IMG/VR virus record: IMGVR_UViG_3300020450_001133
Reading direction: 5' to 3' (one strand)
Source: a virus
Lineage: Duplodnaviria; Caudoviricetes
Length of the DNA: 64,000 nt
Shown: positions 27,303 to 36,116 of the stretch, one piece after another
Position numbering within the stretch: position 1 is the first letter of the stretch
How the letters are laid out: each line of letters starts with the position of its first letter
Program-made: the position numbers and the translations under genes
Notes under the pieces: model-generated
Seen by the model: the letters and a program-made list of their open reading frames with translations, nothing else
What the model was told of the DNA's origin: nothing
The model's database searches: none

Positions 27303-28035
27303 CTTCTTCCATTTCTGCGTCATAATCTTCCCAATATTCAGATAAGTCTGCTTCTTCTGGATCTACATAAGGGTCTCTCCATTTGTCTGTTATCCAACCA
27401 ACAGCGGCTTCATAACTCTTGCCCATTGAATCTGAGTAGTCATAATCTACATCTAGTAGTTGTTTGTCATACCAAACATCTTCTACAAATTCACCTAAAT
27501 GTGTTTCTACAATACTGTAAACCAACTTGTTAGGATCAAAAGGTTCATCTGTTTCCACAAACCAAACACCAAATTGTCCTTTTTCTGCACTATGAAATAA
27601 TAAGACAGGTGTACAGCCTTCTGGTGTTTCACCTTCTGTATCTGTACTGATGTATGCTCCTTCTCTGCCTTTTAAACAGTAACCGTCAGTTGATATTTCT
27701 TCTTCATCATATGCATAGTCGTCTGATTCATCTGTGGGGACTGAACTAATATAAAATCCACCATCTGCGTAAGCATTGTTTATGTGTTCAATATCATCTA
27801 GTTCATACCACCCAGATATTTCATTACTCTCTTCTAGTATTGCAGGAGCATTACTGTCGATATCTTCATCATCGTCCCATTCGCTTAATGAAAGGACATG
27901 TGGAATAAAAGTATCATATGCACCGTCTTCTTCAATTATAGGTGCCCAATATTTAACAAACTCATTTGTTACAGAACCAACTGCAAGTTCGCCTCCATAT
28001 CTACCACCTTCTATTCTATATCTATATTTTGCCAT
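27292..28035 (-). CDS. highly acidic hypothetical protein (247 aa)
   Basis: ORF track; D/E- and aromatic-rich. Confidence 0.75.
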   Translation of the reverse strand: MAKYRYRIEGGRYGGELAVGSVTNEFVKYWAPIIEEDGAYDTFIPHVLSLSEWDDDEDIDSNAPAILEESNEISGWYELDDIEHINNAYADGGFYISSVPTDESDDYAYDEEEISTDGYCLKGREGAYISTDTEGETPEGCTPVLLFHSAEKGQFGVWFVETDEPFDPNKLVYSIVETHLGEFVEDVWYDKQLLDVDYDYSDSMGKSYEAAVGWITDKWRDPYVDPEEADLSEYWEDYDAEMEEDGS

Positions 28036-28043
28036 AATTCCTC

Positions 28044-28547
28044 CTAGTCTAACAAATATCCAATATCAATCTCTGCTGGAATTTTGTTTGCTTCTTTAAC
28101 AAACATAGCACATCTAGGATCTGCTTTATCTTCCAACGGAGCAAGTAACATGTGTCCATTTTTTAATTTTGGAAAAAACCATTTTACATCTTGAAAAATG
28201 TTAGTAATTTTTACTTCATGGCATTCCAATATTTTACCACTCAAAGGATTTAATGTTGCAGTTAAAAATCCTCTATTGTTTAAACTAGTCAAAGGTATTA
28301 CTTCTATACCTGTTAAATCTTCATCTGTAATTGCTATACTCCAGTCCATAGGCATTTGTATATTGTGTTCGCCTATTTGTAAGCATATTGCAGGTGCGTA
28401 AAAACTCTCTAAAAATATTAGAGGTAAAAAATAGTAATCCATCCACTCAGGATCACTGGTATCGAAAACTCCAAATCTAATGTCATCTACTTCATCAGGT
28501 ACCTGGTCTATTTCATAAACTTCGTTTTCTACTGTTAAAATTTTCAT
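28044..28547 (-). CDS. hypothetical protein downstream of uvsW (167 aa)
   Basis: ORF track; ATGA-type overlap with uvsW. Confidence 0.75.
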   Translation of the reverse strand: MKILTVENEVYEIDQVPDEVDDIRFGVFDTSDPEWMDYYFLPLIFLESFYAPAICLQIGEHNIQMPMDWSIAITDEDLTGIEVIPLTSLNNRGFLTATLNPLSGKILECHEVKITNIFQDVKWFFPKLKNGHMLLAPLEDKADPRCAMFVKEANKIPAEIDIGYLLD

Positions 28548-30001
28548 TTATACTCCACTTTTGTTACTGTAAACGGAAATCCTTGTTCTTTGTAAAATGC
28601 TTTCCTTTTTGTCAAATGCCTTTTACTGTATTTCAAATTACTTGTAATATCTACAACATGTAGATAATCTTTATCTTCTGCTTTACGAATACCTCTTCCA
28701 ATACTTTGTATAACCCTAACAAAACTTTTGCCAGGCTCAATAAGTACCAAATTAAATATTCTTGGTATGTTAATACCTACTGCCGCCACACCATATGTAG
28801 CAACAATTACTTTGTTATCTGCTTCTGATATTTCAGCATACTCAGACTGTCTGTCTTTAACTTTCATATCTCCGCTGATAAACACCCATTCAGGATTTTT
28901 GTCTACCAGTAACTCACCAGTTGCTAATCTATCAATTAACACCAGTGTATTACCACTACCGCTCAAACCTTTGATGATATCGCTAATGTGACTAACTCTA
29001 TCGTCATCTGTTACAAGCCATTTCAATTCTTGTGCATAGTTATTAAAACCTAATACGCCGTCTTGTAGTTGAAAAATATTAATGTCTAGTTCTGCTAATA
29101 CGCCTCTATCTTGTAATTCTTTACTACTTAGATTTCCTATTACAGGACCTAAACTACATATACAGCCAATTGCTTCATGTTCTTCTTTTGGTATTGTTCC
29201 AGTTAGACCCCAACGTATTGGAACATGTCTAAAAGGACCACTTAAAAGATTTCTTAGCACATCTGCTTTGGCTTTATGTACTTCGTCAACCATAATGCAC
29301 ACAACACCATCGATGAATTCATCAAGTGGAAAATCTGCTTCATAGTTTTTACTTTTCTTTTCTAAAATACTAAGACTTTGCCAAGTACATATTGTATGAG
29401 TTTTGTCATACTCTTTTCTGTCACCAAACAACACACCTACATCAAGACCCAAATTCTTATAGTCTCTTTCAGTTTGTACTACCAAGTCTTTGTTAGGAAC
29501 AATAACAATACTTCTACCATACTGTTCACACATATCGCTTAAGGCGGCGGTTATGAGCGTCTTACCGGCGCCTGTAGCCACCTCCTGTAAACTTTGTGGG
29601 TTCTTTAAAAACTCATTAATAACCTGAACTTGATAGTCCCTTAATATTACAGGCTCTCCTTCAGCAGGATGACCTTTGGGCCACATTGTGTTTTCATATC
29701 TAGTATCAGTTATAGTAGGAAAGTTAAAATTGTAAGGCTGACGTTTGTCATCTATTTCAATTTCATATCCTGCTTTTTGCACAATAGGTATCAGTTTGTC
29801 CAATATGTTCATGTAAGTTCTTCCGCCTATATCACAATACCTAACACAACCATCCCATCTGCCTAATTTATAAGCAGGCATATGATATGCATAAGGTAAG
29901 AAATATTTGGCTTGGTCAGATATTGCACGTCTTGTCTTGACGTCTAAGCCAACGAATTTTACGTTTACTTCATCTCTTATTTCAAGAACACATTTAGCCA
30001 T
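28544..30001 (-). CDS. uvsW: UvsW-like SF2 DNA helicase
   Basis: LRDYQ, ATGAGKT, DEVH, GLTGT, QSIGRGIR. Confidence 0.93.
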   Translation of the reverse strand: MAKCVLEIRDEVNVKFVGLDVKTRRAISDQAKYFLPYAYHMPAYKLGRWDGCVRYCDIGGRTYMNILDKLIPIVQKAGYEIEIDDKRQPYNFNFPTITDTRYENTMWPKGHPAEGEPVILRDYQVQVINEFLKNPQSLQEVATGAGKTLITAALSDMCEQYGRSIVIVPNKDLVVQTERDYKNLGLDVGVLFGDRKEYDKTHTICTWQSLSILEKKSKNYEADFPLDEFIDGVVCIMVDEVHKAKADVLRNLLSGPFRHVPIRWGLTGTIPKEEHEAIGCICSLGPVIGNLSSKELQDRGVLAELDINIFQLQDGVLGFNNYAQELKWLVTDDDRVSHISDIIKGLSGSGNTLVLIDRLATGELLVDKNPEWVFISGDMKVKDRQSEYAEISEADNKVIVATYGVAAVGINIPRIFNLVLIEPGKSFVRVIQSIGRGIRKAEDKDYLHVVDITSNLKYSKRHLTKRKAFYKEQGFPFTVTKVEYK

Positions 30002-30006
30002 ACTGT

Positions 30007-30036
30007 ATTATACTACCATTTCCTTTGAATTGTCAA
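30007..30036 (-). promoter_or_regulatory. sigma70 promoter for uvsW embedded in 3' end of the TonB gene; leaderless spacing
   Basis: TTGACA-N18-TATAAT-acagt-ATG(30001). Confidence 0.7.
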
Positions 30037-31728
30037 CATAATTTGTCTTCCACGATTGTTATAACCTGGAAGTACTTCTACTTCTTCATCTAAGATGTTG
30101 TCTATTGTTAATGCTAAGTCAACATCATTAGCAAAAGTTTTAATGTATCTAAAAGACAAGTTTTGCAAGTCCTCTAATTCTGCTCCGTCATATGGACCAG
30201 GTATTCTTTCAAAATTACCTCTATAGGTAATATCAAATTCATGACTACCAAAGGCTTGATTCCATTTAACAACACCAACATACTTAGGCACTCTTGCTTG
30301 TTCTGTATCTGTATATTTCAGTGTAAGCATAAAGTTACCAAACCATTGCGAGTATCTAATACCTAGTGTGTCGTATGCACCAGTATTGTAATACTTTGCA
30401 TTGTAGTATTCTGTTGTGGTTGTTGTAATTGCATTACCATCTTCATCATAAGTTACAGTTGTAACATCATTACTTCCACCTGGTGCATATTCTATTGCTT
30501 CTTCAAAGTCATATTTGAAAATACTTAACACACCAAATCCTATTTCGTAACCAACACCTTCTTCAGGCAATAAGTCTAGATTTGCATCAACCCAACTATC
30601 ACCATGTAATTCATAAAGTGTAGGTCTTCTATAACTGTTACCAACATTTAAAAAGAATGGACCACTTTCTAAACCAAATCTTAATGCGTTTTGGTCTTCA
30701 TTTCCAACTCTAAAACCAAAGTTGTATTTCATGGCAAAGTCGGCATTAATATTTAAGTATGCACCGTAATTGTCTCTGCTATGTTCTTCATTGTTTAGAC
30801 TTTGATACTTCTCATGACTTGCGTCTACACCATATGCGATTTGCAATTTGTTAGATAGGTTAGTTTGGTCACCAACTCTCAAATAGTCTGTGCTACTTTC
30901 GTTAGCATATGACATCCATTCGCCTGTGTAATAATCTGCTTTGTCATGTGTTCTACCCAATGTAAAATATTCATTGTTTAATGCAATATTATATTTTTCA
31001 CCATCTTGTTCACAATTATTAGACTGATTAAAACTAGAATCATAACAGTTGTCATAATCATAACTGTAATCAGTGTAGTCCATTGTTATCCTAAAATCTT
31101 GTACATCAAAATTTAACTTTGCGTTTCTATTTGTGTACCAGTCACTTTCAGTATTATCATTTCTTACACTATCTTGGTTTATTTCCATTGCAGTATATTG
31201 AAACCATTTTGCAGGTGCAACACTAACCATTTTATGATCCTGTGAACCTAAGATTGCAGTAACACCTTGTTCAATGTTATCTTTAATCAATATAGTACCA
31301 GCAATACTACCACTACCATACACAACACTATTAGCACCAGAAATAATTTTAACTTCTTGCCCTGTTGCTAGTTCATTACCAAAATCATACCATGCACTAC
31401 CAGGCAAGTTTGCTGGTATGCCGTTTTTGTAAACAGCGGTATGTACATTTTGTGCACCACGTTCGTTATATCCTTGGAAAGCACCATAACCACCAGCAGT
31501 CCATGTATGACCGGGTAGTAATGCTCTTATAAAGGAATTACCTTTTAGTGGGTCTGCTTTTATAGTTGTGCTTTGTTGTCCCACTACCACAACTTCTTCT
31601 ATCTCCTCTGCCTGTGCTTTTGGACTTAAACATACTGCTACTGAGAACAATATCATCCATACAAAAGCCGCATACATAGGAGAAAAATTGATATGGAAGT
31701 TCCAATCAATCTTACTTCTATTACTCAT
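30013..31728 (-). CDS. TonB-dependent outer-membrane receptor, BtuB-like (571 aa)
   Basis: Signal peptide ending AQA; TonB box EEVVVVG; plug RGAQNVHTAVYKNG...SVVYGSGSIAGTI; C-terminus NILDEEVEVLPGYNNRGRQIMLTIQRKW. Confidence 0.85.
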   Translation of the reverse strand: MSNRSKIDWNFHINFSPMYAAFVWMILFSVAVCLSPKAQAEEIEEVVVVGQQSTTIKADPLKGNSFIRALLPGHTWTAGGYGAFQGYNERGAQNVHTAVYKNGIPANLPGSAWYDFGNELATGQEVKIISGANSVVYGSGSIAGTILIKDNIEQGVTAILGSQDHKMVSVAPAKWFQYTAMEINQDSVRNDNTESDWYTNRNAKLNFDVQDFRITMDYTDYSYDYDNCYDSSFNQSNNCEQDGEKYNIALNNEYFTLGRTHDKADYYTGEWMSYANESSTDYLRVGDQTNLSNKLQIAYGVDASHEKYQSLNNEEHSRDNYGAYLNINADFAMKYNFGFRVGNEDQNALRFGLESGPFFLNVGNSYRRPTLYELHGDSWVDANLDLLPEEGVGYEIGFGVLSIFKYDFEEAIEYAPGGSNDVTTVTYDEDGNAITTTTTEYYNAKYYNTGAYDTLGIRYSQWFGNFMLTLKYTDTEQARVPKYVGVVKWNQAFGSHEFDITYRGNFERIPGPYDGAELEDLQNLSFRYIKTFANDVDLALTIDNILDEEVEVLPGYNNRGRQIMLTIQRKW

Positions 31729-31757
31729 TCTGTCTCCAGGTTATTAGTTCTATTATA

Positions 31758-31785
31758 ATTATACGTCTTATTGTGGAAAAGTCAA
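31758..31785 (-). promoter_or_regulatory. sigma70 promoter for TonB receptor
   Basis: TTGACT-N16-TATAAT; SD GGAG before ATG 31728. Confidence 0.7.
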
Positions 31786-31796
31786 GTTAAAAATGT

Positions 31797-31829
31797 AATA
31801 AAGTGACGCCCGGAAGAACTCCGGGCGTC
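31797..31829 (-). terminator. intrinsic terminator
   Basis: GACGCCCGGA-gttct-TCCGGGCGTC followed by ACTTTATT. Confidence 0.8.
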
Positions 31830-31832
31830 TAA

Positions 31833-31882
31833 GGTGCTCTCTTGGGGGATGACTAACGTTTGAGCACCAGGGAACCGTTAGC
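31833..31882 (-). ncRNA. candidate H-type pseudoknot RNA element
   Basis: GCTAACG/CGTTAGT and GGTGCTC/GAGCACC crossing 7-bp stems. Confidence 0.45.
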
Positions 31883-31896
31883 AATATATATTTATT

Positions 31897-32925
31897 TTAT
31901 ATTGCACCCTTCATGCAAGTTGTTCTGGCTAATGACTGCCAATTTTTAGGCTCCATCTTCTTAAGGTCTGAAATCTTAAGAACCATACGCAAACTAACTT
32001 CACGAAGTCTATCTGCGTTATCAAGCATGAAGTCGATTACTTCTTTTTCGCCTTCTTTACCGAACTTGTATTCTTCAAGCATACCGTCCCTGACAATTTG
32101 CTTGATTCGGATAAATTTATCCTTAATACTGTTCATTGTAAGATCCAAGTAGTGGCACCTAGACATAAGTGCTTCTAAGTGATCCTTAATCTTCTTACTA
32201 CGAACGTTTTCAAAATCAACGTTAGTAATAAAGATACAACCACCTTTAAACTCAAACCTATCAGGTATACCTTCTCTACGAAGTGCTTGGGACTCTGACT
32301 TCCAAGTAATGTATCTTTTCTTACCTGAATCAAGTGTAGCCTTAAGCATGTTCAAACATACTTCATCAAACAACACACTATCACAGTCATCAAATACTAA
32401 TATGTTACCAGGTGCAGAGTTGTTAAACAATGTCTGGAACAAACCAATTGGTGTTACAGAACCTTTTACAACTTCAGTCCTTGCAGGTTTACCAGCAACC
32501 TGAGTAAGCATGTCGTATTCTTCAAGAACAGTTTCAACACCAAACGACTTACCAACTCCTGGAGGGCCACTTACAATCATACCCCTTACAGTACCTTCTG
32601 CTACTGCATGAGTCATTCTATCAAGAATATCAAATCTTTCTTTGATTCTCTCAATAGCATCTTTTTCACTCTCTTCTTCTTTTGGAGTGTTGTCGATTTT
32701 AGCCTGCTCGGCGTATATTGCCGGAGTAACATATTCAAGGTCCTTAGTAGGATCTTCAATTAGCACTCGGATTTTATCGAACTTATCACCAAGAACTTCA
32801 CTTCCATTTACAGTAATGAAAGCACCTTTCTTGCCAATGTTTAAAGGTTTCAATACAGGGAAAACCATGTTTTCAATGGTATTCTTTCTGTAAGTACCGT
32901 GTTTTATTTTTACAAAGTTAGTCAT
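31897..32925 (-). CDS. AAA+ family ATPase (342 aa)
   Basis: GPPGVGKS, LVFDDCD, SRCHYL; start moved to MTNFVK using SD GGGAG. Confidence 0.8.
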   Translation of the reverse strand: MTNFVKIKHGTYRKNTIENMVFPVLKPLNIGKKGAFITVNGSEVLGDKFDKIRVLIEDPTKDLEYVTPAIYAEQAKIDNTPKEEESEKDAIERIKERFDILDRMTHAVAEGTVRGMIVSGPPGVGKSFGVETVLEEYDMLTQVAGKPARTEVVKGSVTPIGLFQTLFNNSAPGNILVFDDCDSVLFDEVCLNMLKATLDSGKKRYITWKSESQALRREGIPDRFEFKGGCIFITNVDFENVRSKKIKDHLEALMSRCHYLDLTMNSIKDKFIRIKQIVRDGMLEEYKFGKEGEKEVIDFMLDNADRLREVSLRMVLKISDLKKMEPKNWQSLARTTCMKGAI

Positions 32926-32958
32926 CTTTACTCCCGTTTTGTTTAACTTATACATACT

Positions 32959-32986
32959 ATTATACTTCTTTAGCGAGTAAAGTCAA
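32959..32986 (-). promoter_or_regulatory. sigma70 promoter
   Basis: AGG-TTGACT-N16-TATAAT. Confidence 0.7.
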
Positions 32987-33015
32987 CCTTTTTGCCACTT
33001 TTTTTGGTAATTTTT

Positions 33016-33555
33016 TTAAGATTTTTTGATATCTAGCATGAAAAAGCAGGTTTGTAAGCATTTTGCCTGCCATTTTGCATCATCTACAGCACTATGTAAG
33101 TCCTCTTGAATGCCTTTTCTGGGGTCAACTTCCATCATACTGAATACAGTTCTACTGTCTCTGATTTGCCAATATGCCCAATTTGTGTGGGTATTAAGCA
33201 TTTTATATAGATTCTCAATAATGACCATATCAAATTGTGGGCCTTGACACCAAATTTGGTCACAACCTACTAGCCACTTATTAAGTGATTTTGTGAATTC
33301 TGTTAGTTTAGTTCTGCCTTCTTCTGCAAAGGCAATTTCCTGAATATGCTTTGGTTGTTTTGCCCACCATTGCATTGTGCCATCATCTATATCCCTAGAC
33401 AATGCTGTTTGCTCATCAATGTCTAATTTCATATCAATGAAGGAATGTGGCTCTTCATTTGTGTAAGGATCGAACTTTACACCACCCACACTCAAGATAA
33501 CTGCTTCAGGCGATGTTGCCAAAGTCTCAATATCTATCATTGCGTGAGTGGTCAT
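33016..33555 (-). CDS. dexA: DEDD 3'-5' exonuclease (DexA/Rv2179c-like)
   Basis: MIDIETL, WCQGPQFD, RDSRT, HSAVDDA. Confidence 0.85.
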   Translation of the reverse strand: MTTHAMIDIETLATSPEAVILSVGGVKFDPYTNEEPHSFIDMKLDIDEQTALSRDIDDGTMQWWAKQPKHIQEIAFAEEGRTKLTEFTKSLNKWLVGCDQIWCQGPQFDMVIIENLYKMLNTHTNWAYWQIRDSRTVFSMMEVDPRKGIQEDLHSAVDDAKWQAKCLQTCFFMLDIKKS

Positions 33556-33564
33556 AAGTATTCC

Positions 33565-33729
33565 TTAATTTGTTATTGATACGTCATACATACCTGCAAA
33601 AACAAGTTTTGCTTCTTCAAGTGTGTATTGTCTTTCATTCCAAGCAGAACGTTCTCTACAATTCATGTCATACCAGACTGTAAAGTTTTGCTCATAACTT
33701 ATGCTTTCATCGTATTCAAATACTTCCAT
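33565..33729 (-). CDS. small hypothetical protein, 54 aa (not in ORF track)
   Basis: MEVFEYDESISYEQNFTVWYDMNCRERSAWNERQYTLEEAKLVFAGMYDVSITN; SD AGGAG; consensus promoter upstream. Confidence 0.8.
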   Translation of the reverse strand: MEVFEYDESISYEQNFTVWYDMNCRERSAWNERQYTLEEAKLVFAGMYDVSITN

Positions 33730-33758
33730 ATTTTACTCCTAAATTAAAAAGTAAATAT

Positions 33759-33787
33759 ATTATACCGAAATTTGTGGTGAATGTCAA
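33759..33787 (-). promoter_or_regulatory. perfect consensus sigma70 promoter
   Basis: AGG-TTGACA-N17-TATAAT. Confidence 0.9.
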
Positions 33788-33792
33788 CCTAA

Positions 33793-34218
33793 TTATGCAT
33801 TAAGTTTTTCGAAGTATTTTTCGTAAAGACGTTTTTCCCAATAATATGCTTCACGTTCCCAAGGTTGTTTACTGTATGGAACTTTAGTATAATCACCTTT
33901 TTTCCATCTTGCAGTAGTTGGAGATAATTCACCTGAAATAAATTGTTTAGCATGTATCAATTCATGTGTTAGATTTATAAGCATTTCTTCTCTAGTAAAT
34001 TTTATACCTTCACTAGTTCTGGCAATTTCAATATCAATTGTATCTCTATCTCCCCAACAAAATCCACCTGCTTGTTCCTCTAAAACATTGTGTATCCACA
34101 CATCAATATTTACAGGTCTACGGATATTTGTAGGCAGTATATTCTCTACCAAAAGTTCAGATATATTTTCTACTAATTTTTTATTTTTGAATTGCCCATA
34201 AAGATTAACATGGACCAT
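33793..34218 (-). CDS. HExxH zinc metallopeptidase-like protein (141 aa)
   Basis: LTHELIHAKQ...PWEREAY; start at MVHVN with SD AGGAG; promoter TTGACA-N16-TAATAT at 34280. Confidence 0.7.
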   Translation of the reverse strand: MVHVNLYGQFKNKKLVENISELLVENILPTNIRRPVNIDVWIHNVLEEQAGGFCWGDRDTIDIEIARTSEGIKFTREEMLINLTHELIHAKQFISGELSPTTARWKKGDYTKVPYSKQPWEREAYYWEKRLYEKYFEKLNA

Positions 34219-34310
34219 ATCTTGGCTCCTACACCAGTTTTCAATATCGCTTATATTAGCATCATTAGACGTATTGTCAACCTTTTTGTAAGTGCTTGAT
34301 TTGGAAGAAG

Positions 34311-34772
34311 TTAATCTATTACTATGTCTTCCATTCCGGCTGTTCTTAGCCTTGTGATGTGTCCTATTTGCCATTGCTTTGTATCTAAGCCTTTCATAAT
34401 GCCCAAATACTTGTTTCTAAGTAGAGCATATTGGTTGCAAAGATGTGTTAGGTTGATAACACTATCTTCACTGTCAACGAATTTTTCTGCGTCTCTACTA
34501 CTTAACTGTCTGTTATAGGATTCGAGATATTTTCTGAACGTTGTACTTCTCTCCTTACGAAGTTCAATATTCAGATGTTCTAGTATTGCTTCAATCTCTT
34601 GAAGTTGATTGAAACGATGTTCTGTTATGCCAGGTAGGGCGGCACTGGATTTCTCCAGGCTACCCTTTATACTGCATTCGTATTTGGCTTGTTGTAGTTC
34701 ATTTTCGTAATGCTCAATAGATTGAACTATCTTACTTAAATCTTCTACAACTGAATTATACCAACCTGCCAT
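34311..34772 (-). CDS. uvsY: recombination mediator UvsY-like
   Basis: Helical protein with YLESYNRQLSSRDAEKFVD motif, in uvsX operon; start at MAGWY (TAATG overlap). Confidence 0.75.
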   Translation of the reverse strand: MAGWYNSVVEDLSKIVQSIEHYENELQQAKYECSIKGSLEKSSAALPGITEHRFNQLQEIEAILEHLNIELRKERSTTFRKYLESYNRQLSSRDAEKFVDSEDSVINLTHLCNQYALLRNKYLGIMKGLDTKQWQIGHITRLRTAGMEDIVID

Positions 34773-35005
34773 TAGTAATCCCAATCATCGTCTTCTTCAT
34801 CTTCCTCGCCAAAACCATAGTGACCAATCACTGCGGCTTTTAAGGCAGAATCAAAAGTATGTGCTTCATCTTCCACTCCGGCCATATCACATTCTTCATC
34901 AAATACGCGAACTAAATGTTCTGCGGCTTCGACTCTGTCTTTCTTAGCGATGTAGTTTTTCAGAGTGTCCCAAGTACTAATAAGTAATTGTAAATCAGGG
35001 TTCAT
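34772..35005 (-). CDS. hypothetical protein (77 aa)
   Basis: ORF track, between uvsX and uvsY. Confidence 0.75.
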   Translation of the reverse strand: MNPDLQLLISTWDTLKNYIAKKDRVEAAEHLVRVFDEECDMAGVEDEAHTFDSALKAAVIGHYGFGEEDEEDDDWDY

Positions 35006-35007
35006 TA

Positions 35008-36105
35008 CTAAACCTCCTCCATTTCATCTGTTGAATCGATGTCAGATGCGTTTTCATAATCAGCATTTACATCAGCATTTGGATTTTGTCCAAATTCATT
35101 GATAATTACCTGAAGTTTATCTCCGGTCCAGCCTTTTCTGAACTCTTTGATTTCTTCACCTGTAATTGGCGATACATATGAAAGTTTATTTCCAACTTTT
35201 TCTACAATACCTTTGGATTCAAACATCTCTAGGAGCCCACTATATGGGTCCATACCTGTTTCGTATGGGATCTTTACTTGAACACTTTCAAAAGGTTTAC
35301 TGTATCTAGTTTTCATAACTTTACATGCCGCCCTAATGCCTTGTACTGTAGACACTTTGTTGCCTGCCTCATCTTCCTTAAGTTTAAGTTTTCTAAGTGC
35401 GACAACAATACTACTAGCATATATAAAACCTTGTCCGCCTGATATTTTATCATCAGGATCAAACATGTCTTGCGATGCATAAGTATGATTAGTTGCAACA
35501 AGTCCGATAGGATGCGGTGCTAATTGATTAACCGTGTTTCTAACTAAAGCAGTTAGAGCCTTAGGTTTTCTACCTAAATCGCCTTTTAAGTCACCTTTAT
35601 TAAATTGGTCAACGTCAGTAGGCGATAGTAACATACCTAAACTATCTATTACAAATAGCACTTTAGGTTGTTCTTCATAAGGTAGGTCACCATAGTTATC
35701 TTTATAGTCACTAATAAATGTGCTTAATGTTTTTGCTACATCATCAATCATAGACACACCAAATTTTAATAATTTATCGGGGTCGGTGCTAACATTTAAT
35801 GCGTGTAGCCATTCTTCATCAAGAGCATTCTCAGAGTCAAATATAATAACTTGACAGCCTTGTTCTTGTGCGTTTCTTACTAAGTTTCCAGCACAGATAA
35901 AACTCTTACCTGAGCCAGACTCACCGGCAAATACACTAACTTTACCCAGTGGAATACCTTTATTAAAGTCTCCACTAATAAGATAATTTAATGTATGATT
36001 ACCAGTTGATATCCAGTCCTGCGGATCATGGAAGCCAGCACTGATGCCAGTAATAGATTTACTGATACCAGTTCTGAACTTTGTTAAGTCAAATGGTTTC
36101 TGCAT
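35008..36105 (-). CDS. uvsX: RecA-like recombinase UvsX
   Basis: GESGSGKS, FDSENA, VIDSLG, SGGQGFIYASS, KTRY. Confidence 0.95.
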   Translation of the reverse strand: MQKPFDLTKFRTGISKSITGISAGFHDPQDWISTGNHTLNYLISGDFNKGIPLGKVSVFAGESGSGKSFICAGNLVRNAQEQGCQVIIFDSENALDEEWLHALNVSTDPDKLLKFGVSMIDDVAKTLSTFISDYKDNYGDLPYEEQPKVLFVIDSLGMLLSPTDVDQFNKGDLKGDLGRKPKALTALVRNTVNQLAPHPIGLVATNHTYASQDMFDPDDKISGGQGFIYASSIVVALRKLKLKEDEAGNKVSTVQGIRAACKVMKTRYSKPFESVQVKIPYETGMDPYSGLLEMFESKGIVEKVGNKLSYVSPITGEEIKEFRKGWTGDKLQVIINEFGQNPNADVNADYENASDIDSTDEMEEV

Positions 36106-36116
36106 GATGTATCTCC

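Noticed and set aside
31833-31882. Pseudoknot as an HDV-like/theta, hammerhead or cobalamin riboswitch element
   Set aside because: It has a 7-bp stem with a terminal G-U like HDV P1 but no P3/L3 hairpin before the second strand, no CUGANGA/GAAA core, and no B12-box. It is kept only as an unassigned pseudoknot.
34219-34374. N-terminal 52 aa of ORF 33793..34374
   Set aside because: The region contains the promoter and SD for ATG 34218 and overlaps uvsY; similar ORF-track extensions at 649, 10496, 27323, 32955, 34784, 52681 and 58162 were trimmed.
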